Source: Eledone cirrhosa
Lineage: Eukaryota
Assembly (NCBI GenBank): GCA_964016885.1
Contig: OZ024755.1
Span: forward strand, 21,638,001-21,702,000
Reading direction: 5' to 3'
Length of the DNA stretch: 64,000 nt
Shown: piece after piece, positions 55,064-64,000 of the stretch
Layout of the letters: the number at the start of each line of letters is the position of its first letter
Position numbering within the stretch: the stretch's first letter is position 1
The notes under the pieces: generated by a model
The model's input: the letters and a program-made list of their open reading frames with translations, nothing else
Told to the model about the DNA's origin: nothing
The model's database searches: none
Position numbers and translations under genes: made by a program

Positions 55064-58000
55064 GAAAAACAGAAATAATGGCCAAACACTAAAAATTTTA
55101 ATTTGTTATTTGATAGATCAATATCTCATTTATTGATTAGTTGAATGTTATTTATTCAAACATATTTTTAAAAGTGATCGTTCACAATTTTATATAAATA
55201 TATATTTTGGACAATTCCTAGGGCAGTAGATTGGCAGAGTTGTTACTGTCAGACATGCTTTACAGCATAAAGTTACATCCCTTTATGTTTTGAGTTCAAA
55301 TCCTGCCGAGGTTGGTTTTGCCTTTCATCCTTACGGTGTTGATAAAATAAAGCACCAATACTGCACCGGGGTTGATTTAATCTATTTTCCCTGCCACCCC
55401 AAAATTTCTGGCCTTGTGCCTAAAGTAGAAACAATTATTATTATTATTATGACCTTGATTCCTGCTGGAGTCATAGAGGCACTATTGTGACAGAGCATTT
55501 CTTGGGCATTAAAATCTGATGGAAACCACCCCTCTCAGCTTTGGCCACTGATGACTTCTTTCAGCAAGATAGAAAAACAGAGAGAGAGTGAAAGACTCAA
55601 ACTCTGGTGTTTTATTTCTCGACTACAAAAATTCAAAGTTGACTTCAGTAGGATTTGAACTCAAAACACAAAGCTGAAATAAATAACCCAAGACCCAAGA
55701 CCCATTTGATGCACTCATGATTTTACTAAGTTACTGCCTTCTAAATGTTCAGTAAATCCTACCATATAATAATAATAAAATAAAATTCATCTTCAACAAG
55801 TGTTACACAATTTTGTATTTAGAAAGATATAAAAAAAAAAAAAGCTTTGGGAAATAATATGTACAATGTACTGATATAAGTCTACAAATTCTTAGAATCT
55901 TCATATAGATGCTTCATCTCTGGAAAATGTATCTACAGCTAGATTAAATTCAATTGTAATAATCTTGAACTATATATTTGTTATGTGTATCAGCATTATT
56001 AACCCTTTTGTCAGAAGAATGCCACCCTACTCCTACCCAAATATATTGTCTGCCTCATGTTCCTGGCCAACAGGATGGAGGAGACACTGACATGGAAGAT
56101 GGCGAGGGAGACACACTGGAACAGCCACTCCACCTCATGGGGGCTCACACCTTTAGGCAACCAACTCCCCTTTGATAGCAGTGAGCAGGGATGTGGTCCG
56201 AGGGTCAAGAATGCTGGAAGTCTCCACAGCCACAAGCTCAACCACAAACCTATCAGGGAGCAGTTGATACTTTGAGTTTGCCCTCTTTGGCGTGGCAGGC
56301 AGCAGAGCCCGGGCTGGTAGCTGGACGCACCAGGTTGCTGCTAGAGAAGGTTATCCTTTTATTTTTGTGTGTGAATGTGTTTAGAGAATAAGGAACCATT
56401 GTAGTAATGATAGAAGAGACAGATTGCAGACACACCATGTCAGTGTGTAAATAGTTGTTGTTGTGTCTTAGGAAGTGAATGCTTATAAATTACTTAGATC
56501 TTGTTGTTGTTTTGGCTGGATGGAGGACTGTGACAGCTGGTATGTGACAGATATGTGACAGTGTAATGTGAAGCTTGGTGGAGGACAGTGGCAGCTGGTG
56601 TGTAAAGTTATTTAGTTGTAGAAATCATCATATGAGAGAAATCAGATGTAGCGTGCAAGAAAGAAGACTGTGCTAGTAGGGATGGTGATTGTTGGGTGAA
56701 GAAATGCCAAGAAATCCCAGTAGAAGGGAGATCAAAGAATACCTGGGCAGTTGTGAGAGCTGACCTCAATTTACTGAAGCTCACAGTAGAGTTGACGAAG
56801 GACCACAACAAATGAATGCTGTGCAGGAAAAGATCTGTCCACGTCATGCAAGCATGGAAAAAAAAATCTATGTAAAACGGTGATGATGATGATGATGATG
56901 AATAATTTTCTGCAACCAGTAAATAAATCATTAAACATCTTTGCCCCTTTGGAGCATTATGGAAATATCCAAAGAGGTGGAGAGGGTCATATGGTGTTAG
57001 AACTAGTCACATGAGTGTGGACTGTGTAGAAGAAAATGCAGGCTTAGTAATTTTCTCAGTGTGGTCAAAGCAACAAGTTGAAATTATTTTATTTGGGAGA
57101 ACATTCGATAGTCAAGGGTGCTAAATATCAAGGTACTGGTCCTAATTAATAGATGTAGTAACCGGTTGGCTGAGAAGTGATATAAATATATTAGGATCTT
57201 GGTGATAATTATTTCACTATTATCTTTTTAACTAGTGTCATATAATTTAACTAACAATTTTAATATAAAATTTGAAGAATTGTTCAGTTCAGTAAAATAT
57301 TACTAACATGGTACCAGATCATATCTGCCGGTGCTTGTTGCGACAAACGAAACATTTCTAGCATTGATATAGATATTGTCAAAAATTCACTTGAAATTCT
57401 TTCTTGTAAGTTTCATATAATTTACAGAAAACAATGTGTTTTTGTTATATTTTATTCATAGTTTCGATGTGTATTATTTTCCCCTTCTTCTCCACTGGCA
57501 GTAAAAATTACTGTGGATCTGAAATTAGTAGAAACCAACTGATTGAAAACAGATCGAAGTCAGTTGAAAAGTTTGGTAAATTGTTCTTGTGAAGTGTAAA
57601 CAGAACATTAGAAACCTATTTCTTGAATTAGTATAAAATTTAACTTTTTAAAATAATCAGAAAAAAACTTAACAAGCACCGAAAATTTGATGTCCCCCAC
57701 TCCTGTGTGTATTTACAAGGCTAGGCTGACAATGAAAGAGTGATGCTAGAACTGTGAAATCTGGCATTAATTTCAACTCTTCATATTAATAGCTGCATTG
57801 TTTCTTTCCAGGGACTAATGTTGAAAAGTAAACCTCATTTGGTGATTCCATGAGAATATCTTGGTCAGTCTATGAACTTTTTATCCGACCCTCGTATTTA
57901 CAGTCACAGTACTGACTCGAATTATTTTGTTTTTGACAACCAGTTAATAAATCTTTTATTTTATTCATTGTAAAAAAAAAAATAACTTGATAGGAAAAAA

Positions 58001-58294
58001 GAACGAAATAACTTTGAAATCCAATAATATTTTTATAAAATATTTGTTTCTACTTTTGGCACAAAGCCAGCAATTATCCCAGTATACTTCTATTGCTTTA
58101 TTTTATCAACCCCGTAAGGATGAAAGGCAAAGTTAACCTCGGCAGGATTTGAACTCCGACCGTAGAGGGCCGTAACTCCATGCTGCAAAGCATGGCGTCC
58201 GACCTTCTACCGATACTGCCAATCCACCGCATATTCGATAGAGATTCCACGTGCTTACGTACGTTACTTCCGTATTACCCATAATTCCTTTTAC

Positions 58295-58342
58295 AAAACC
58301 GGAAGCCAGTCTTTCTCTTAGCACCGTGATCGGGATAGAACG
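58295..58342 (+). promoter_or_regulatory. RPS12: RPS12 TCT/5'TOP start and non-coding exon 1
   Basis: CCGGAAG (ETS-like) at 58299, pyrimidine tract CTTTCTCTT at 58311, donor G|GTATGT at 58343. Confidence 0.7.
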
Positions 58343-58488
58343 GTATGTATGATTTGTTCAATCCATTAATGTATTTCCCCGTATAGTCAGCATCATTGAA
58401 ATTTTTAATAATCTGTGTGTAAATAACATTATATTATATTTATTTTGTGATTTCTTTTCTTGAAACTTTCAGTGAATAACCCGAAATA

Positions 58489-58505
58489 ATGTCTGATACT
58501 GAAAG
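58489..58505 (+). CDS. RPS12: 40S ribosomal protein S12, coding exon 1 (MSDTE)
   Basis: Acceptor ttcag|58473, ATG at 58489, donor AG|GTATGT; phase fits the next exon. Confidence 0.8.
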
Positions 58506-58751
58506 GTATGTACACGTTTATTTCTGTTTTTACCTCCATATTCTCATGCTTTATATTAAATATAATGTTAATATCTTCGTAACGTTTTGTTTGTAGAAAC
58601 CTATATGTAGATATCAAAGTACGCCTTCAATCAACTGTTTAAACTCATCTAAAAACCTTTAATAGTTATAATAAATTTGATCTGTATATTTATGATTATA
58701 TTGCTGAAAGACGTTCGTCCGTACAGTTGATAATGGTGTTTCTTTTTCTAG

Positions 58752-58877
58752 GGAAGATGCCCCAGCACCTGCTGGATCTCTCGATCTGTACTCTGCCTTG
58801 CAGGAAATTTTGAAGACCTCCTTAATCCATGATGGTTTAGAAAGAGGACTCAGCCAGTGTTGTAAAGCCCTAGACAA
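58752..58877 (+). CDS. RPS12: 40S ribosomal protein S12, coding exon 2
   Basis: [41 protein letters not shown](K), bounded by AG and GT. Confidence 0.97.
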
Positions 58878-59019
58878 GTAAAGTTTTGCTTTCATTTTAA
58901 ACTTTTGGAGCGAGAAAAAAATTGGTTCAGCCGACATTATTAATTCAGGAAGTCTTAATTAAACTATATTTCATTTCACATCAATATGTTAAAGCAATTT
59001 ATATGTTTAATAAAGAATA

Positions 59020-59420
59020 CATTTATTTATTTCTGCGAGGATCGTGGGGTCAGAATCCTCTAACATTCTTGTCGGAAGCAACCATCTCCAATTGATCTGG
59101 CTGGATCTCCAAGCGTGACCAGCCAAGCTCATGGATGTTATCCAACTATCTTGCTCGGGGTCTACCCTGGGTACCGTACCGGTTGGTTTTTGCCCGTAAA
59201 ATCTGTCCAGCGAATCTTTCCTGAGACATTCTAACAACATGCCTATAGTATCGGAGAAGTAGCAGCTCTACTTGGAGTGACTCTTATCCCTGATCTATGC
59301 ACTCTATCGAGTAAATTTATTCCAAAGACCCTTGGGAGGAATCCCATTATTCACGATCGTATTCTTTCAGTCATTACGCAATATTCATGACCATAGGCAA
59401 AGGTTGGCACAAAAACCGAT
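59020..59420 (-). mobile_element. RTE (Expander/Rex3-like) LINE 3' fragment in an RPS12 intron; relatives at 15180-15400(+) and 29945-30110(-)
   Basis: Minus strand SVFVPTFAYGHEYCVMTERIRS resembles SIYVPTLTYGHELWV.TER.RS. Confidence 0.75.
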
Positions 59421-60180
59421 AAATTTATTTAAACTTTTAATTTCTATTTAATTTACTTATATTATAGAACAATACATCAAAGGTCTTGCAATCGTGAATT
59501 TAAAAAATATATTTAAGGGCTTATAATTAACCATTCTCAATAATAATTGGTGTATGTTGTCAAATATCAGTTTGTGTATCTTTTAAAAAGCCGGTAGTTT
59601 CAGCGACATTTCGAAGTAAAAAGGCAGTATTAATAACCTCATGGGTGTGAATCCTTCATTCAGTATACTTTAATGTTTATTATACACACATGTATGTGCG
59701 TGTATATATATATATAGTGTTTATAGTATTCACGAAGCTAAATATTCTTTCGTTTTAAGTAGGTGTCTGTCGCTGAATTCCGACAATAGATTTAAAATGA
59801 AGGCAAATCCGGCATTAAATGAAACGGAACGATACCCGATTAATCTATATATGGATATAACTTTGCCTTTCATCCTTAACGGGGTCGATAAAATAAAATA
59901 AAGTACCAGTCATGTACTGGGTAATTGCTGACTTTGTGCCAAAAGTAGAAACAATTTATTATCAAAAAGAAATGTTTAAATTTAAATTATATAATAATGA
60001 TTAAATGAATATAGAATTAAGACGATTCTATTATGATATTTATTGCTAAGATGTAATGTTTGGGAGAATATATTTTTGGTTTCATATGAGTTTCGTTAAT
60101 AGTACTAGCTGTTACAAAACTAATCATACCCAATTATTTATGCCATGTAAACAGTATATGTTTTTGTTTTTCTTTGACAG

Positions 60181-60283
60181 GCGAAAGGCTCATTTATGTA
60201 TCTTGGCAAACAGCGTAGATGAACCGAGCTATACTAAATTAGTGGAAGCTCTTTGTACTGAACATGGCATCAATTTGCTTAAA
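60181..60283 (+). CDS. RPS12: 40S ribosomal protein S12, coding exon 3
   Basis: [34 protein letters not shown]; 103 nt, bounded by AG and GT. Confidence 0.98.
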
Positions 60284-60530
60284 GTAAGAACAAATATGAA
60301 TTTATTCGATTTTTAAAAAAATATCTTGGGTTGGTGGGGTGTTTGCTTAATAATTAAAATTTAACTTAGTTTTCTCGTTTGTAAAGACGTTTTCCCCCTC
60401 AGATCAACTGATAGTAGATTACTATTACTGTGGTAGATCTTTATATAGTGTGTGTAGTAACACATAATTTGCTCTTGGTAGTTGCACATGTTTTCTATAT
60501 TTATCTTTCATTACATTCTAATAAGTTAAC

Positions 60531-60597
60531 AGTGGTATGATGATAACACATGCTCCCTCTGCTGACAACAAATGAGGACTGCACTGACTGACCCACT
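60531..60597 (+). ncRNA. SNORD100: C/D box snoRNA, SNORD100-like, copy 1 (divergent variant)
   Basis: Terminal stem AGTGG/CCACT, C box ATGATGA, guide CATGCTCCCTCT, D' CTGA, C' ATGAGGA, D CTGA. Confidence 0.85.
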
Positions 60598-60745
60598 TGA
60601 TAACACAATATCTGTAAACTATGGTAGATGTCTAGTAAAATGACTCTCACTGTTGATTGTCTTGCACAATATTGTCAGCTACATATTGTTTAAATTTCAA
60701 TAATTTTACTAGTATTAGCTCTTTTATTTATTTTCTGTTGTGTTG

Positions 60746-60800
60746 AATATGATAACACATGCTCCTACTGAAAGACAATGAAAATTGCATTCACTTATGT
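60746..60800 (+). pseudogene. Decayed SNORD100-like copy
   Basis: ATGATAACACATGCTCCT-ACTGAAAGACAATGAAAATTGCATT: guide partly deleted, C and D boxes broken. Confidence 0.65.
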
Positions 60801-61157
60801 ACCAGGGTTGTGTTTGTGTAAGAATTTGGAAGGTTATTGTTGCTGGTTTAACATTTTCATAGATGTGCTGGTTGCATCTGAAGTACCAAGCATTTAATCT
60901 AGTGAAATCTGAGCTTTAACCTCATTATTGCTGCTAAATCTGTCATGGAGTACATTCTGTTTGTGGGTTGATATATCAAATAGACCCAATCTATGTAGAA
61001 TCAGTGTAGAATTCCAATTATCTTATGACTAATCAATATCAGGCTTGGTTGAGATATTGTTCTCCATGTTTAATGAATTTATTCTAAGTTTACATATTGT
61101 TGTAGCTACAAATAAACTGTTTTAATACCTCTTTCTGACATATAATAGTATAGAATT

Positions 61158-61228
61158 GTTGGGTATGATGAAAAATACATGCTCCCTCTTCTGAAAAACT
61201 TATTGAGGATTGCAGCGTCTGACCTAAC
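61158..61228 (+). ncRNA. SNORD100: C/D box snoRNA, SNORD100-like, copy 2
   Basis: Stem GTTGGG/CCTAAC; C, D', C' (TTGAGGA) and D boxes; same guide. Confidence 0.85.
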
Positions 61229-61506
61229 TATATTTCTAATCCTTGCCTGACTATATTTCTAACAATACACAGTTCATGTTTTGTTTTTATTAACCCTAAC
61301 CCCTGCACAGCATTGGATTTGGCAGAGTTTAATGAGAAAGGACTGCAATGTGTTCAGCTGGGGCAGAACCACATTTAGCCAAACTTTGTAACTGACATTC
61401 TTGTGGACAAGAATTTCAATAAAGACATATTTCAGCTGTTTTTCATTAGAAATTTTTCCATCCTAATTTTCACAAATGTTATTCCTTCAAATAGACCTAC
61501 AGAATT

Positions 61507-61577
61507 GTTGGATATGATGAAAAATACATGCTCCCTCTTCTGAGAAACCTATTGAGGATTGCAGTATCTGACCTAAC
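61507..61577 (+). ncRNA. SNORD100: C/D box snoRNA, SNORD100-like, copy 3
   Basis: Same boxes and guide; one mismatch in the terminal stem. Confidence 0.83.
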
Positions 61578-62077
61578 TATTTCTAACTCCACAAGTAATG
61601 TATAGTGTAAACATTTATACTCCCATTCAAGACAAAAGATTTCTATACTCTGTTGTTTCTGAATACTGAGACTAGTATTTCAGACTCTTGCAGTGGCCTA
61701 GTGGTTTGGGTCCTTAGTTTGTTTCCATGACAAGACTGCATTTCACATTTCTATCATTACGGCCCTTTATAATATAGTAAACAGCCTTTATTTTTCTCCA
61801 ATATTTTGACCTTTTGTGTGGAGTATTGATGCTTTTTTCAACCTGAATTATACCAATCATAGTTTAATGTAGGACATTTTACATTAAAACCACTTTCACT
61901 GAGTTTCTTCGTTTGAGACCCCTTCTAGTATATTTAGTTTTGGTAGCCCTTGACATTATTTAGACAAAGGGCTGGAAGGACCCCTCAGGCATGTCAAGGA
62001 CACGACAGCTTCCCAGTTTATTATGTATTAAAGACGCATTAACAATAAGACCCATATTTCAGGTGTAAACTAAAATT

Positions 62078-62148
62078 GTTGGGTATGATGAAAAATACAT
62101 GCTCCCTCTTCTGAAAAACCTATTGAGGATTGCAGTGTCTGACCTAAC
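62078..62148 (+). ncRNA. SNORD100: C/D box snoRNA, SNORD100-like, copy 4
   Basis: Same boxes, guide and stem. Confidence 0.85.
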
Positions 62149-62321
62149 TATATTTCTAACAATACACAGTTCATGTTTTGTTTTTATTAATTAAGAATTG
62201 GTGAGTGAGTTAATTATGCTGTGATGAAGCCAGTTTGACTATTTATAGGGCTCTAAGGAGCCCTCAGGCATGTCAAGGACATGACAATAAGACCCATATT
62301 TCAGGTGTAAACTATAAAATT

Positions 62322-62392
62322 GTTGGGTATGATGAAAAATACATGCTCCCTCTTCTGAAAAACCTATTGAGGATTGCAGTGTCTGACCTAAT
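62322..62392 (+). ncRNA. SNORD100: C/D box snoRNA, SNORD100-like, copy 5
   Basis: Same boxes and guide; stem GTTGGG/CCTAAT. Confidence 0.85.
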
Positions 62393-62950
62393 TATATTTC
62401 TAATCCTTGTCTGTCTTTATTTCTAACAATACACAGTTCATCATTTTATGTGCGCTTTTCCCTGCTTGCAAGGGTGGGGCGGGAACTGGTTCTGGCTTGA
62501 TTTCTACAGCTGGATGCCCTTCCTAACACCAACCTCATTTACAGTGAGTGCAGGGTGCTTTTTTTTTTGCCGTGGCACCTACACGATCACTTTGCAGGGG
62601 AATGATATGGACCTCAGCTGTAGAAATGAGTAAACTGGAGCAATGTGAAATAAAGTGTCTTGCTCAGGGAAACAACACATCACCCGGTCTGAGAATTGAA
62701 CTCACAACCTTTCGATTGCAAGCCCAATGCTCTAACCACTAAGCCATGTGCCTTCATGTTTTGTTTTTATTAATTAAGAATTGGTAGGAGTGGGTTAGTT
62801 ATGCTGTGATGAAGCCAGTTTGACTATTTATCCAGTTGTAGAAAGCTAACTAGACAAAGGGCTGGAAGGAGCCCTCAGGCATGTCAAGGACATGACAGCT
62901 TCCTAGTTTATTATGTATTAAAGACCCATATTTCAGGTGTAAACTATAAA

Positions 62951-63027
62951 ATTGTTGGGTATGATGAAAAATACATGCTCCCTCTTCTGAAAAACCTATT
63001 GAGGATTGCAGTGTCTGACCTAACAAT
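62951..63027 (+). ncRNA. SNORD100: C/D box snoRNA, SNORD100-like, copy 6
   Basis: Same boxes and guide; extended stem ATTGTTGGG/CCTAACAAT. Confidence 0.85.
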
Positions 63028-63267
63028 ACACAGTTCATGTTTTGTTTTTATTAATTAAAAATTGGTGAGTGAGTTAATTATGCTGTGATGGAATCCAGTT
63101 TGAGAGGGGGGGGGGGGGGGGCATAGGCTTTTAATATGGATAGTTTTGTATCATAGAATGGTGGCAGTCTTAATTTGGAATCAATACAGATACATTTCAA
63201 GTATTTTTCATTAGTAATTTTGATAATGTAATGTTCCTGGTTGAAAGATTATTTAAACTATCGAATT

Positions 63268-63338
63268 GTTGGGTATGATGAAAAATACATGCTCCCTCTT
63301 CTGAGAAACCTACTGAGGATTGCAGTGTCTGACCTAAC
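63268..63338 (+). ncRNA. SNORD100: C/D box snoRNA, SNORD100-like, copy 7
   Basis: Same boxes (C' CTGAGGA), guide and stem. Confidence 0.85.
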
Positions 63339-63502
63339 TATGATTTAATGTCTTTTGTTTATGATTGTCTGCTGCATCTACTAGGAGATATTTTTAATGC
63401 ATCCTTCTAATATGCTGACTGTTCTGTGCCCGAACTGTTGTAAAACCTCTATGGAGATGTTTAAATTTTGACCTTTCTTACGGTGTACTTAATCTTTTTT
63501 AG

Positions 63503-63604
63503 GTGGAAGACAGCAAGAAATTAGGTGAATGGGCTGGTCTTCGTCGTATTGACGTTGAAGGTAAAGCCAGGAAAGTAAATGGATGTGGCTGTGTTGTTGT
63601 AAAG
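63503..63604 (+). CDS. RPS12: 40S ribosomal protein S12, coding exon 4
   Basis: [34 protein letters not shown]; 102 nt, bounded by AG and GT. Confidence 0.98.
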
Positions 63605-63929
63605 GTAATGCAACTTTTCTATTAATGATGATGAGTATAAAAAAAATGACTTTGGTAATGAGATATGTGGGTGGGGCAATATTGGTTCACTGCATTTGTG
63701 ACAAGTGTATGCAACTTGGGAAGAAAAAAAATCTCGTATTTTTTTTTTGATTTATGAGATCTAGTGGTCTTTAAACACATATCTCCTACTTGGGTTTTTT
63801 TTTATTTTTTTTTTTTTACTATTATTAAACTGTAACATCACTTAACAGTAGTTTCAGGTATGGGGCAACTATTTTCACCCTTGTAGATGTGTGTAATCTA
63901 GAGAGTTCTTTGTTTATTTTCTATTTCAG

Positions 63930-63992
63930 GACTATGGAAAAGAATCACAAGCACTTGATGTTTTGAATGAATATTTCAAGTCCAAGAAATAA
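63930..63992 (+). CDS. RPS12: 40S ribosomal protein S12, last coding exon
   Basis: DYGKESQALDVLNEYFKSKK*; the spliced CDS totals 411 nt (136 aa). Confidence 0.97.
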   Translation, partial: DYGKESQALDVLNEYFKSKK

Positions 63993-64000
63993 ACTATGGA

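Noticed and set aside
56009-56560. Solo LTR or coding exon in a GC-richer stretch
   Set aside because: TGTCA/TGACA ends lack a TSD and the short ORFs have no recognisable motif; left unclassified.
60056-60316. 86-aa standalone ORF
   Set aside because: It is RPS12 exon 60181-60283 plus read-through into introns.
63624-63700. C/D snoRNA (SNORD101-like) in the last RPS12 intron
   Set aside because: ATGATGA is present but there is no CTGA D box or terminal stem at a suitable distance.

Overview
AT-rich, repeat-dense animal genomic DNA. It is most likely a coleoid cephalopod (Octopus-like), inferred from the SINE families, tandem C2H2 zinc-finger genes and a snoRNA guide matching the molluscan 18S variant. 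Bases 1-28,500 hold no credible protein gene, only (TA)n/(ATGT)n microsatellites, SINEs, two non-autonomous Helitrons, RTE and CRE-like LINE fragments, a decayed hAT transposase and Penelope-like foldback elements carrying type I hammerhead ribozyme cores. The right half has two divergent C2H2 zinc-finger genes (8 and 13 fingers), an intronless FAM47-like ORF and a complete spliced RPS12 gene (136 aa). The three strongest leads are: (1) one RPS12 intron carries a tandem array of 7 intact plus 1 decayed SNORD100-like C/D snoRNAs; (2) several hammerhead-bearing palindromic elements sit in or beside (TA)n tracts; (3) a hairpin with pre-miRNA geometry lies in a zinc-finger gene's inferred 5' UTR. 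Family assignments are from remembered consensus motifs, not database searches, and repeat boundaries are approximate.
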